Source of the DNA: Lama glama
Taxonomy: Eukaryota
Direction of reading: 5' to 3'
Length of the DNA: 64,000 nucleotides
Assembly: GCA_028534125.1 (NCBI GenBank)
Contig: CM052839.1
Location: 31,372,001-31,436,000 of the forward strand
Shown here: positions 1 through 33,283 of the stretch, piece by piece
Position numbering within the stretch: the first letter of the stretch is position 1
Layout of the letters: every line of letters begins with the position of its first letter
Notes under the pieces: generated by a model
What the model was told of the DNA's origin: nothing
The model's database searches: none
What the model saw: only the letters and a program-made list of their open reading frames with translations
Position numbers and translations under genes: made by a program

Positions 1-76
1 GGCTAGGTATAGCTCAGTGGTAGAGTGCATGCTTAGCATGTAAGAGGTCCTGGACTCAATCCCCAGTACCTCCATT
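1..76 (+). mobile_element. tRNA-derived SINE (camelid Vic-1-like)
   Basis: GTATAGCTCAGTGGTAGAGTGCATGCTTAGCATG...TCAATCCCCAGTACCTCC; A and B boxes; same family at 18.4, 18.5 and 22.2 kb. Confidence 0.8.
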
Positions 77-1489
77 TTAAGAATGTCTATATAAATACAT
101 AGGAGCAAATATGAGAGAGGGCTCTGGGCAGAGGCCTGTGTTCCAGAGAGGAGCTGTGCTTAGGAACTGGCAGGTGTGGTGAGCGCCTCCCAAAGTGTTC
201 TTCACAGTAGTGTTAAATTTCTTTCTTCGTCGCTGCCTTCCCCAGTCCTACTGGGGACCAAAGGGCCTTCCTTTGAGTCTTTCTAGGAACTCAAGTCTCA
301 ATTATTCAGTAAAGTGGCCTTGGTCCCAGAGTGTGCCTTGCAGTGTTTTTATGTTCAGAGAAAAACAGTAGCTCATGCATAGAAGCTAGGAACTCTGTTG
401 CTATGGCAGTGGTTCAAAATGTATTTCCTTAAATGCTTTCTTTGTAAGTCTATCTTCATTTAGTTCATCTACCGGATAATGAAGCCCAAAATCTTGTCCC
501 CAGCACAATTTTCTTCTTTGGTGCTTTCACCATCTTCAGTCTAAAAACAGACTAGACTTTCAGTCTTAATGCACTAGATATAAAATGTTATTGTCTGGCT
601 TTGAATATATGTGTACATCTACTATCTCTTTTTTGAGAGGGGAGTGTTTATTTTTTCCTGAAATCTGTACACAAAATGTTTCTCTGTGGCTTCTTTTTTT
701 TCATAAATGCTATATTTTTATAACATTATTTTACTATGGATTTGAAAACCTCTTTGAAAATTTCTTCTGAATCTGTATAAAACATTTTGTTAAGAAAGAG
801 CTTTTACTCCGTCCTTTGTAGTAAACTTATTCATTGGTCTACTTTCTCATGAAATAATAACATCCTCAGAATTCTGAGGTTGGTGGGTAAATGTTGAGAG
901 AAGGGAGGAGAGGCTTTTGAGAGTGTCCTCATTTTAAAAAGTTCCCTCTCATTCCATAGAGAGTGTCTGCCATGACCACTTACATTTGCATAACTTGAAT
1001 GTGTTGTTCAAATTGCTCAAATGTTACTTCTTAATGAGATCTCCCATACCCGTGATGTCTCTGACTTTTCCAGCCCCCGGTTTACCCTGTTATACTGTTA
1101 ATTTTTTAATAGTCCTTATTAGCTTTTAACAGTATGTAATCTGTTTTGCATATTGTTTAGAGTACCTCCTTATCAGAATGTAGGCTCCATGTGGGCAGAA
1201 AACCCTTACACTTGTCCTGGAACATAGTAGGTGCTCAGTAAATATTTTATTTTTTTTAAATAAATATTTTAATTTACATGATTAAAACTCTGAAACCCAC
1301 TCCAGAGTTACTGAAAGAGTTCTGGAGTTTTATGGCTTTATTTCTAAAACATTTTGAGCATGAACTTAATGCCAGCTCAAGTTTTATGCTTTTTTCCCTT
1401 TTAAATTGGTGTAAGTCTTCCTGAAATTCAAGCAAACTTATTAATCCTGGAAAAAGGAGTTTTGTTTACCTTCAGCTATACTAAAGTAA

Positions 1490-1720
1490 CTTATTTTTTA
1501 AGTAAATGTTTTATTTTTGAATAACTTCAGATTTACAGATAAGTAGCAATGGTGGTTCAGAGAGTTCCTACAGGAACTCTACCCTCTACTTAGTTTCAGT
1601 TTCCCCTAATGTTGTCATCTTACATTACCTGGTACTTTTGCCAGAACTAAGAAACGAACATTGGTACATTACTAGTAATGAGTGAAACTCTAGATTTAAT
1701 CAGATTTCACCAGTTTTTAT
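1490..1720 (-). mobile_element. Old L1M 3' end fragment
   Basis: Resembles the reverse complement of an L1MC-type 3' end (tttagatttacaga...ttcccctaatgtt...acattggtacattacta). Confidence 0.5.
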
Positions 1721-3734
1721 TTTTTAAGATTCAGTATTCTTAAAGATGATGAAAGCCCCTTTTCCAGGGTCTTTACGTCAAATGTTCTGCCCTCAGCCTA
1801 GATCTGCCCTCCTGTTTATCTAAGTAAGGGTCATTCCCAAGCCTGCATAATTTGTGCAAATGTGTATACTTAGCCGTTATAAATTATGTGTACCTCCGTC
1901 TGCAGGTAAAGCTATTTCATATCAGGCACTCTTTTTTTTTTTCCTTCTCATGGATTACCTGTCATTCACAAAGCAGACATTAGCATTTGTAAGATCACAG
2001 TCCATTACAGCTGAAGTGATTTTCAGACACATCTGAGCTTTTCTGTCCCACAATATGTTGATTCCTGGAAGCTCATAGTTTATCATTTCTCAATATCTCT
2101 TTCCTCCCTCTTCAATGTCTTTTCCTTTGATTCTTCCCAATATTTTGCATGATGCTTATTAGCACATAATGGGCAATCAGTAAACTCATTAAGTATTTGG
2201 TCTGGCCCATATTCCATATCCATGAAGAATATAACATATTAAGATTTACAGATGAAGGAATGATTTCAGGGGGACTATGGTACTGTTCCAATATTTGGGC
2301 TCCAAACCCCTGCATTTATGAAACAAAGATTAAGGAAAAAGAAGAGCAGAAAAGTTTTTTCCCTGTGTATTTTAAGTACCATTGAGTTATTGAATCCTCT
2401 CAGGTTAGCTTTGTAGTTTGGGCCCCATTAAGTATTCAGGTGATGGAATGACTTATTAAGATCTGTCTTTGTATCTAAGGCCTTCCCCTCCCTGCCCTTT
2501 CACTTTTGTTTTTTTAACCCTTTCCAATGGTTAATTCTGTTTTGTGTGATTCCTTAGAGACACATTACCTTTTATCAATGATCACCCTATATTGGGGGTG
2601 TGGGGGTGATACCTATATTTAAAAACTTTACATACCACTTAAAAGAAAAACCTGCTGGTTCATAGTTAGACCCTTCTTCCTTTCAGCACCTTATGGTAGC
2701 TCCAGGCAGAGTTCTTGTGTTCCTAGAAACTCACAGGTTCAGAAAAGATGACTATAAAGGAAACTATAAATAATGTATTTGAGGATTAATTCAGGAAATC
2801 AATGATTCCCCCCCCCAGGGTACCCAATGTCTTAAAAAATAGTTTAATTAATACAGCCCTTTGTTTATAATTTTTCTGCCTTGATTTATGGAGTTTGGCT
2901 TTTCTAATAAAATCTCAAAATAAATTACAGTTGTCAGTGACTTTGTAATGGATAGAAGATGTTTGTAATTTTTAAGTATTTGTTTTTACTTTTTAAATAT
3001 TTCTGCCTTTAAGCTACTTCCTAGAAAGCAGTGGCACAATAACACATTTGGCAGAATTAATAAATAAAAAGGATGCACTAACTTGCCAGAACTTCGCCTT
3101 GGGTCTGTTCTGTGTTTTCTCTTTTCTTGTGCCATTTCATCATTAGTTCCACACATTACTTCCAGGTTCCTTATCAGTTGGTACCTTGGTTATTTTGTTT
3201 ATATTGGTTTTTTGTTTGGTTTGGTTTTTAGTAATTGAAAATGTGAAGCAAAATGTCACCCGTTTTTCCTTTCTCATCTGACCCCTCCCCTCTTGCTTCT
3301 AGACACATGCAACAGCTCAAACTCCCATCTGATATAGTCTTTGATGTAGGGGCAGTAGGGATGGAAAGGGGGATGTGCTTTGTGCTTTCCAGTACTTTCT
3401 CTTCTCTATTACCTGAGGGGATTTAAGTATAATTTTGTTTGCTGCAGAGATAAAAATTCATTTCCTATTCTTGTTTCCTTATCATTCAGGGCCAAATATA
3501 TATATATATATTTTTTCAGCCTTGTCTCAGCAGGGTATCTTTATTTGCCCAGTCTTAAAGAGTTCCTTTTATTGTCATTATTTTTTAGTCATTTAGTTCC
3601 ATTTGGTGCTGTGTCACTTGTGTTAATAAAAATATATTTGTTTAAAAACCAACTTGATTGTCAGATTGCTACTTTTGAAAGAAAAAAAAATTGATAGTCT
3701 CACCTGAATTATCACCATCAGGACAAAGCAGTAA

Positions 3735-23113
<19,379 letters not shown>

Positions 23114-23848
23114 TTCCAACCAGCCATGTATATAGAGGATACAGCCTGTTCCACAGGACCCCAAGAATGAGCTTAAGAAATGGCCTTTTTCCAGGCCCTG
23201 GGAACTCCTCTTCAGTCCTTCCACAGCCCCGATTCCTAAATATTTTATGTACATCAGTTTGAAAAGAACTTCTGGCCATGCAAGGATCCCTTAAAGATTT
23301 TCTTCTTCAAGACTCCCTTTGAAATCTGCCATGAGCACAAAATTGTGGTGATTTTTCACCTAAAAGAATTTAAAACCATTTAAACCCCACCAACTGAGCA
23401 AGGTGCTGATTCATTATTTATCAGCCTTATTCCTTCTACTGAGGCTGTTGGCTTAGAGCTGGAGGCACAGGGTGGCTGGCCTCAGGAGAATGGCTGGTTT
23501 CCCTAAATTTGTTCCTCAAAAACTTGTGCTCTTAAAGGCTTAAGAGTCAGATCCTTCAGTGGAAGCGAGTACTTGGGGATCTGTTTCATGACTTAAAATC
23601 AAAACAGCCCTTGGACAGCTCTCAAATGTTGAGGTGGAGCACTGGAGAGAGAATCCAGAGGCAGGAAATGGATATAATATGAAATCTGAGGGTTAATTAG
23701 GGGAGAGAGGAGTCTTGCTGACCCTGATCTCCAAATGTCTGGGCTATAGTTGCTGGATTTCTAAAGAACTTCTTGGCACTGAGGTCCTCCGAAACAGAAT
23801 CTTTTCAAGACCTAGTGTCCAAAGAGAGTCTTCTAATTCCCCGTTAGT

Positions 23849-23858
23849 AATAAATAAA
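23849..23858 (+). terminator. BRCA1 proximal poly(A) signal (overlapping AATAAA x2)
   Basis: AATAAATAAA in the 3'UTR followed by T-rich sequence. Confidence 0.55.
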
Positions 23859-24194
23859 ATGTTTATTATTGTAGTTCCAGTATGTAACCCATTCCTCTTG
23901 AAATATAAGATCTCTGATATGAATATTTCATGTCTGCAAGATGACAGATCCCACCAGGAACAGAGCTGTTTGCTTTCCTTGAGGTAATGTTTTTCCCTTT
24001 GCTCCCTATTGCTATACAACATCATAAATAATTTTGTTTGCTGAAGGAAGAGAAAGTGTTTTTCATAAACTCATTATCCAGGACTGTTGATAGCTGTTGG
24101 AAGGACTAGGTCTTCCTTAGCCCCCAGGATGTGAGGGCAGTAAAGACCTGATTGTACAAAATATGTTTTGTAAATGCTGTGCTCTTCACCTGCA

Positions 24195-24200
24195 AATAAA
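24195..24200 (+). terminator. BRCA1 distal poly(A) signal
   Basis: tgcaAATAAActtgataacaaacacttcca resembles the recalled end of human BRCA1 mRNA. Confidence 0.7.
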
Positions 24201-24339
24201 CTTGATAACAAACACTTCCACTAAGTATGACTGTTCTGAAGGCTTAGATCTGCAGAATTTCTCAGAGCCTTTTCACTGCACTGTAGTCTTCTCACCTGTA
24301 ACTACCTCCCCAGGTTATTAAGGGGACATCAAAACCTGC

Positions 24340-24975
24340 CGTTTGTTTCCTATTGCTGCCATAACAAATTGTCACAAATCTGGTGGCTTAATCCATACCC
24401 ATTTATTATCTCGCAGGTCTGTAGGCCAGAAGTCCAAGTTGGCTCAACTGGTTTCTCTGTTTCAGGTTGCACAAGACCAAAATAAGGGTGCCAGCAGGGC
24501 TGTGTTCCTTCCTAGAGGCTCTAGGGATGAATCCGTTTCCAAGCTCGTTTCACGTTGTGTGAATTGTTCCTTGCAGTTGTTAAGACTAAGATCTTATTTC
24601 TTCATTGGCTGTCAGCCAGAGGTCATCCATAGCTTCTAGAGGCCACACGCATTTTTAGGCTCATGACCCCTTACCTCCATCTTCAAAGCCAGCAATGGCT
24701 GATCAAGTCTGTCACATTGGGAATCTCTCTGACTTCCCCTTCTGCCTCGTCTCTCTGCTCAGCTCTCTAACTCCTGCCAGAGTAATTGCTGTTTTTAAGG
24801 GCTCAGGTGATTAGCTTGTGCCCACCAGGTATCCAGGGTGATCTCCTTGTCTTAAGGCCCACAACCATAATTACAGTTGCAAAGTCCCTTCACAGCAGTA
24901 CCTAGCTTAGTGTTTCATTGAACAGCCCCCACGCCAGGAATCTAGGGAGAATATCTTTAGAATTCTGACAACCAC
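24340..24975 (-). mobile_element. MaLR solo LTR (MLT1-type)
   Basis: tttcctattgctgccataacaaattgtcacaaatctggtggcttaa...tttagaattctgacaaccac. Confidence 0.8.
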
Positions 24976-26654
24976 TCCTATATACATGCTTGATCCACAG
25001 ATAACAGTCTGTGTCATCTTTTCTTGGTCTTTACTCTGTTCAGAGATTGGAATCCTGTGAAGTGGATATTTGTCACTTCATTTGAAGAATAGGAACTAGA
25101 AATGTAAGATTGTGCTGAGAGTTTATACAGCTAGTAAATGACAATCCAGAGATCTGAACCCGTGCCCTTCCCATCCCATCATTCAGCTTTCCACCTGCAC
25201 CAGTCCCTGACCCCAGGTCAGGAGGCACTGGTTCAAGCCTCAAGGGAATGTAAGGAGAGGAGAGGGTTGTGAGGTGAACTCACCCTCTCTGTGGGCTACG
25301 GTGGGAGCAGTGGAAAGCTCCTGGCTCCAAGTGGCAGCTTTCCTTGGGAAAGCAGCCCTAGGCAAAGTGATTGACAGGATTGGATCGTAGCTACTTGTAT
25401 TTCCACCCCGACCCAGCCTCTTAGCTTGTGCTTTTATTTTGGTTGTCAAGACCCACCAGTTCAGCCTCACCCACTGTGTGACCTCTCTCAGGCCCATGCC
25501 AGCTTCCTGTCTGCCTGGCAAGAGGTCCATAAAGGCAGGCAGGAAGCAAGTGCCACTGGCTCAGTCTGCAGTTAGAAGTGTCTCATTTCCAGTGACAAGC
25601 CATGGCTTACTGGAGCAGTGGGGTAAGCTAGGCCTCAACCTAGTCACTGATGGGTTAATAGAAAAAGCAATATCTAAGTAGTACCGTCTGCCTTCCCAGG
25701 AATCCTGGGTGAAAGCAGAGATGACTAAAACGTTAAAAAGTTTCCCGTAATTGTCTCTCAGGGTCACCCAACAAATGTCCACCCAGTCTGTTCATTGAGC
25801 TCTGCATAACCTCTCCCGGAAATCAGCTTCTGACCCTGGCCTCATGGTGCTTGGCAGAGCTTAAGGGTCTTATCTGATGATGGAGTAAATCTTTGCTTCT
25901 TTGACCTCTGGCTTTAAGATGTCCTCCCACTTTTCCATCCCACAATTTTTAGCCCTCCCTGGGCACAGCAGCATTTTGGGAACGAGTTCCTGTACTGCCT
26001 TTATCTCATTTCACAAAATGAACTGCAAAGGCGCTGGAAAGGAAGGAGAAGAGGAGGGATTATCACGCAGGCGCAGGGAGGGGACCTAGAGAAGAGCTCA
26101 TAGATTATCTCTCTCCTGAAAAATGCAACCGGAATCATGCACAAAGTATCGGCTCAAAAACATGCAGGAGGGAAAAGAAAAGAATCGGTGTTGGGGTGGC
26201 TGGAGCGGAAGGAGCCAAGCTGCCCGGAATGTATCCTGTGAAGGCTGCGAAGAGCAGATAAGGGCAGCCCCAGAGGCAGGCAGCGCAGAGAGAGGGACAG
26301 GGTGAGGGGAAACTGCAGGTCTGCCCACAGGAACCCGAGAGAGAACAGGACTGTGGGAGCTTGCTTGTCAAAGGCTGTAAAATGGCTGGGCCAAAGGCCC
26401 CTCTACCGTATTTCAGGGATGCCTAACTCCCTACAACAGCCTGTAAATCTACCTGTAACAAGGAGAAAATTAAAGAAATGAATCTGGGCAAATAGAGAAT
26501 TAAGGAGAACTGGAGTCAATCAGCTCCTGTGGAGAGCAGGGATTGGGGAAGAGGCAGAGAGAGCGGATCCTAAAATAAGTCTAAATGATCACGAAAATCT
26601 ACGTAATGGTTGGAGGGGCTGACAGGAATGGAGCACTGGAGAGAACCACCCCCA

Positions 26655-28240
26655 ACATTATGGCCACCAGCAAACAAGGACTCTGGAGACCTGGTTTCAG
26701 AATGATAAGGCAGTTTAACATGCAGCAGGTTAGGGGAGTGATTCTCAAACCCTGGTCCCCTCCCTGATGGGGAATGAGGGAGGGGTAAATGTTAGATATG
26801 CAAATTCCAGGAAGAGCCAATTCTGTGATTCTGAAGCAAGCTTAGGTTTGAGAACCACTGGTTTACTGTAAGGTGCTGTCAGTTGGTGTAAAATGTTACC
26901 TATGGTATAGTCTTTTGTCTCCAGAAGAGGTGGATCTTAGGCCTGTTAAGGAAAGCTAAGGTTCCTGGGCTGGTGAGTGGTTCTTATCTACAAAGTTGCA
27001 GCAGCTGGCTTTAGTTGGTTCCAAAATGGCCCTTTAAACAAATACAAAGCAAAGGACAAAGATTAAATTATATTAGCAACCTAGGAGCAGAAGAGCCAGA
27101 CTGCTTAAAACAACAGCTAGAGGTTTAGGAGGTTTTATTAATATTTAAATTGCAGTGAAACCACAGCTACAGCCTTTGACTCCAGCATCAAGATATGTAA
27201 ATGTGGCTTTCTAAAGAAAGGCAATTTCAGACAGACCTCCAGGTAATGAGAACAAATAAAACAAATGATTTTGTAATTTATCTTTATTGACTGATGGAGA
27301 TCAGGGCACAGACAGCCCTTACCCAGTGAGAGTCGGCCACCAGCAGGCTCTTGGGTTAGGGGCGGGGAGTAAGCTGGCTTGAAGAGAAAGGCAGGGAGAC
27401 TCAGAGTGGTGACAGGAGATGCCCGAGGAGGACAAAACAGGCAGGTGGGAAGAGAAGATGACTCAATTAAAAAGGAAGAAAAATGAGGACCCAGCTCTGG
27501 GTTGTGGGACCCTCTGATCTTGCTAGCTCTCAGGAGCAACGACAACAGTAAGACTGTCACTAGTCACTCTCCTACTAAGTGCCACGCACTATTCCCAACA
27601 TACAAATGAGGAAAATGCCACTTTGAGAGGTCAAGGAATTTGCCCCACAAAGGGAAGCGGCAAAGCCTTGATTCAAACAAAGATTTGTTTGAGGCTAAAT
27701 TGTGCTGGGAACCAGTCCTCGGAAACAATAACAATAAGGTTAATGATTGAGGGGCGACTACGTGCCTGGTTCTGTGGTAGACTCTGTGTGCTAGGGTTCT
27801 GGAAAGGAGGGAGAAGAGATCCATTTCTGGCCTTTGAATTGCTTACTATCCAATGGATGGGGTAAGAGAGCCACACATAACCCTTGCAGGGTCGTGCTTC
27901 TGGTTCAGAAGTCTTTTGGGGCTGGGTGGTGGGGTCTGGCTCTGCCTGCCATGGGGGCACCTCACATCTCCACATTATGGGGACTAGCAACAAGACCTTT
28001 GAGACCTAGTTTCAGGACTAGAATGATAAGGCAGTTTGACATGCAGTTTAATGTGATTCTCAAACCTTGGTCTCCTGACGGGGAATGGGTGTGGGGTAAC
28101 AACATCTAGGAACTTGTTAAGATAGCAAATTCCAGGACCTCAGTTCAGACCTACTAAATGAAAAACTGAGTGTAGGGGCAGCAATCTGTGATTCGGAAGC
28201 AAGTTCAAGTTTGAGAACCACTGGCTTAGTGTAAGGGGTG
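26655..28240 (+). repeat. Two related MER5A-containing segments with shared flanks (about 26655-26877 and 27972-28240)
   Basis: Both share acattatgg...gagacct.gtttcag...agaatgataaggcagttt.acatgcag...gtgattctcaaacc...tttgagaaccactgg.tta.tgtaagg. Confidence 0.75.
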
Positions 28241-31200
28241 AAGCATCTCAACTGGCCCTTGGAGTTAGGGTAGGATTTGGCCAGGTGAAAAGCCAGGAGA
28301 TTCCAGAAGACCAGGTAAGAACCCCCAGCTGGCAGAACTGAGGGAAGGAGCACCTGATCCAGAAAGAGAAGAATTGGGAGGGTCTTCTAAGGATCCATTT
28401 CTCTGACCCACCCAGGCTCCAGACCGTACATCACAAGCCAAAACCAAACCTCTCCACTGCCTCACCTGCTATTACCTTTCTGGCACCATGGCCAACAAAT
28501 ATGGGGACCCAGAGGTTTTGCTCACACTCTGTCTTGTCCGCAGTCAGTCCTGTTCTGCCACCTTCACACGCCCAAATGCTGCCCACCCCACCTCCTCCAC
28601 AGAGCCTTCCCCACTGCTTCCAGGCCAGAATCTCCCTAAAAGTTCTGCCTTATTTATGACACTTTCTTCCTTCAATAAGTTATTTGTGAACTGACTATAA
28701 CTCAATAAAAAAAGTTAAAAAATAATAATATAAATAAATAAGTTATTTGTGTACCTATTCCGTTTTCTCTATCTGACTAGAAGGTCCTCATGAGCAGGAT
28801 TAGTATCATTTTATCTTTGTTATAACCCAGCTCTATTCCTGGCAGATACCTTGTTAGGTACCCAATGAGTATTTGCTAAATGAATGGGTTAAAAGATGAA
28901 TGTAATGAACTTATTGAGTGAAGGCCTTATCCAACTGCTGGCCCCATCCTCAAGAACTTTAGACTCTGGAAAACCAGCCACATTCTGCCAGAGAGTGCTA
29001 ATTCCCTTCAGTCCCTCATACCCATTTTTATAGAAACCGACTTTACTCCAAAAATGGTATTAGAGATCTAAATGTCCGAGAATCATTCTTCCTCTTCTAA
29101 GCCCACGCCTACAGATTTCCTTCTTGATTCTCTTGCCGATCATAAAGCCTACTGCCTTGTGATGAATCAAACCAACACCCACCTAGACAGAGAACATCAG
29201 TTTCCCCTCTCCATGTGTCCTCCAGCAGGGCCACCTCTAGGCTGGATGCTCAAGACTGATAAACTGGAGGGCTGCCGCCATCGCTGGAGAAATAATTAGG
29301 ATGTTCATGAGAATCTCCTTGCAAGTTCAAAGCACTGACACAACCATTATCTCACCCTCCTCGCTCATTCCCTGGGAGATGACTAGGGTAGAGATTGTTA
29401 TCCCCATTTTATAGGTGGTAAAACCAAGGTCTAGAGCCTTGTCAAAGGTCACCTGGTAAATTGGTGGCAGACCTGGAACTGACTAGCCTAAGACTCCCTC
29501 TTCATAAGAACACAGTTGAAAATGCTGTCATGTTGCCTGGGTTCTTTGTCTGAGAGATACAGAATGTGAACTCCAGGTGAGTGGGGGGTAAGGGCCAGGG
29601 AAGATAAAAGAAAGTTTGTGACCCTGTAAATTTTTTCTCTGTAATGCTGCAGCAGCTGGTACTGGTTAATGCCAGAAGAGTTTTTGTGTTTTTTATTTAA
29701 AGCATTACCACATGTCCTAGATTAGGGAGGGAAAAGGTGACTCTGAAGGTAACAGACACACAGGTAAACAGGTGTTTGCCATCTTCTCTTGAAAACAATA
29801 CAAAACCAAATGGCAAGAGAAACTCAAATTACAAACTATGTGGCTCTTCCCAGCTGTTAGGCTATAGGACCCTGCAATAAACTAATGCCAAGTGGATAGA
29901 AAATCTTCCCTTGGTGAGTAAAGCCTGGGGCCTGGTGAGGGGAGTTCTCTCCTGGAGCCAAAGGGCTTTGGGGGCAGTCTCAGGGTCCTCTTCAGGTGCC
30001 CAGGTAAGAAGTCTGCCGGTGGGATCATCCCCAAGCCCACAGAGGCTCTGAAAGCCAAGATTTGCGCTAGAGTGGCCTCTGGTTTTTAACCAAATGCTAG
30101 AAGAATTAAGATAAAGAATCTCCATAGGAATTCAAAACGCCATTTCCTAAAGATGTGACCACAAGGCTGTGCTGGGGAAGGCAGTGATGGTCTATCCTAT
30201 CCCACCAAGACAGTTTCTCCCCTGGCTCCATCCTAAAGCACAGGACCTGTCCTCTTCAACCCAGGCCAGCTCTGGGCTTTTCTCAGCCTTTAGCCCAGCA
30301 CCCGCCCCCAGTCCCCTCTCAGTGCTTTGCTGAGGGCTCACAGCTTCCCAATTCCACTGGAGTTTGTGGGACACGGAGATGGGCAGGGCGCATAACACTT
30401 GAGCCCAGAGAGGTGCTGGTGGCACAACAGAATGAATGCACTAACTGCCAGGGAATTGTACACCTTAAAATGGCTAATTGTATGCTATATGAATTTCACC
30501 TTAATTAAAAACAAAAACTGAGCTGCCCTGGGAGCTCTTTGGGATGAGGAGAGAAGCTGGGCCTTTCTGAGGCTCTGAGGGTAGAGCCTCCTTGCAGGGA
30601 GTGGCAGTGAGTGACAATGGGAAGGCCAGTCTGGGCCTGGCCCTCCTCCTCCAGGACCAGATGGGAACTGGGGGCCGGGGAGAAAGGCCCAACTGGGGCA
30701 GCGCCGGGGTCTGGCCAGAAGAGAGGCACTCAGTGAAAGCGAGGAGGCNNNNNNNNNNNNNNNNNNNNNNNNNNNNNNNNNNNNNNNNNNNNNNNNNNNN
30801 NNNNNNNNNNNNNNNNNNNNNNNNNNNNNNNNNNNNNNNNNNNNNNNNNNNNNNNNNNNNNNNNNNNNNNNNNNNNNNNNTGATGGGCCATAGTAATGGG
30901 GCGGGGGCAGCCGGCCTCCCCTCCCCTCCCCTCCCCTCCCCTGCTCCCCTAGGCCCCAGGCCTCCTGTTCTCATACAACGAGAAGGAACCCAGAGAGCAA
31001 ATCAACTCCCTCATTTAACAGGTGAGGAGACTAAAATGCTAAGAAGGGATGAGACTTGCAAAGGTCATACTGAGTTCATGACACAGCTCTGGCTTCTAGA
31101 ATCTCCAGTCTAGATTCTAGACTCATTCCAGGGTTCATTCCACTGGCCTGCAATGCCTTCTCCATTCCCAGCTTGTGGCTCTATGTATCTGTGGTCTCTC

Positions 31201-33283
31201 TCCTTCTGTTCCAGGCCTTGGATTCCATCAATTCTCCCTCCCGTGTCTATCTAATCTCTTCCTCTGTTCTACCCACTCTGTATTTTTTCCTCCTGGTTTC
31301 TAGGCAGCCAGGATAATTACTAAACTTCTAATTAACCCCTGCCCTAACGAGGGTGAGTCTGGCAGAAGAGGCAGCAATTTTGAAACTGTCTTGATGTGTT
31401 TGGGGGATAGGTGGAGGGAGAACACATGTTGGGGTGGGGCTATTATAAAGCAGGCACTGAGACAGACATGACACACTTGATTTCACTTTGTCCTTTCAGC
31501 CTTGCAAGGTAGCATTCTTAGAGACAGGAGAATGAGAGGCTCAGAGAGGTTGGGTAATTTGTACAAGAGCACCCAGCTGACAAACGGCAGCTATCTGACT
31601 CCAAAATCTCCCTGACACCCTGGCACAGGGGCCTAAAGCTGGGCAAGGGGGCCCACTGATTCCAGGCTCATGGGAGGCACAGCCTAGCTGAAGGAGGCCA
31701 CTGCTTAGCTGATCCCCCCTGGGCAGGGCCTGCCTCCCCATCTCCACCTTCATGCTCCCACCTTCCTCTGGGCCCCTTCTTCACGGTGATGAGATCTCAC
31801 AAATGCTAGTGTTTGGCCCTGCGGCGGCTGGGGAGACAGCCATCAAGAGGGAGAAAACTGACAGACCCAGAGCCAGACCGGGGAGGTCTCCCGCCCGCCG
31901 ACGCCCCCTCCCACTTCCCTGTCTGCCCCTCCCCTTTCTGGGTCGAGCCTGCCAGCATCTGCGTCTGTCTCATTGTGCTCTGGGGGAAGGGGAGAGTCGG
32001 GGTGAGTGGGTGTCTGTGTGTGAACATAAGGCCTTCGGGTTCATTCTGACACTGAATGAAAAACTCACCAATTATTCGTCCAATCTCATTAATATGTAGA
32101 CAGACATCTGTTATTTAGGAGTCAACAGCAGAGGCATTTTCTTGGGGGGGAGGGGCTCTTATGTACGTGCTCTTGCCTCTCTGGCTGCTGGCAGGGTAGC
32201 TGCTGGGAATCACCCCACACGCCTGGACCTGGAGCCTTCCTTTTCTCTGACCCTCACCCCCAGCCTCGAGGAGAGGGAGTAGGGGACTGATGAGAAACGA
32301 CTGGTGAGAAATGGAGAGAGACCTGGGAAACAAGCTGGAAGGGGGAAGTGAAGAGAGGGGCTGCACTGGGTAGAAGAAACTCCTTTGTTGGCAGAGAGGA
32401 AAGGAGAGATACTCTGAAGAGCTGAACCCCTTTCTTGGGGAAGCAGAGTGGAGCAGGGGAGAGCTCTGCCAGGATTTCCTGCCAGGGTCTTGGTGTCCAC
32501 GGGGAACCTCAAGGACACGACTCCTTCCTCCCACCTCCCTCAGCCTGCAGGACCAGCCTGAGTGTATCTGGGGTGGGGTCACTATGGCAACATGGGACCC
32601 TCCCCACCCCCCTGACTTCAGAAAAGGTAATGGGGGAGTTCAGAAAAATGGAGACAAAAGGACGTCAGCCCTTGGAGGAGTCACTAAAGCTCTCTCTGGC
32701 CCTCAGGATAGGTTCAGGGATGAGACGCCTGACCTCCCCCTGCCTGTCTTGTGGCCTTCCTCTGGTCTTTGAATCCCAGCACAAGAAGCCCCAGTCAAGA
32801 AGCCTTTCCTGATTCCCTCAGGCCCAGTTCAGAGGCACTCAAGCCTGGACAACTAAGTGGTAAAGAATAAAGGTTGACAGCAGTTCAGACCCCTTTAAAG
32901 GGTCAAACAACTTTTCTCCATCCTTTCTCCTTTCTGAATTTTCTTCAAAACACCAGGCACGTGTGGCAATCAGCTCCCACTTCCAAGCATGAAAACTGAG
33001 GTTCAGATGGGTGCAGGTTCTCACTGAAGGCTCCCAGGGAGGAAGCAGCAGGGCTGGGCCCCAAGCCCTTGGACCTCTGCCTCCAAATCTCAAGCGCTTT
33101 TCATGACTGTCCTTCTTGGAAAGGCTGGAGTCACAAGGGGATGACCCTGGGTTAGCTGACTCATTTCAGGGGGTTAGACCAAGTCCCTGCCCCTACCCCA
33201 TCCCTTCCTTCCCCCTCCTCCCTCCAGGGCAGGCTGATTGCCGAGGTTAAGAAACACTGACAGCATCACAGCTTGATTAGTTG

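Noticed and set aside
27333-27352. CTCF-like motif GGCCACCAGCAGGCTC
   Set aside because: Mismatches in the core; a single weak motif is not supportable.
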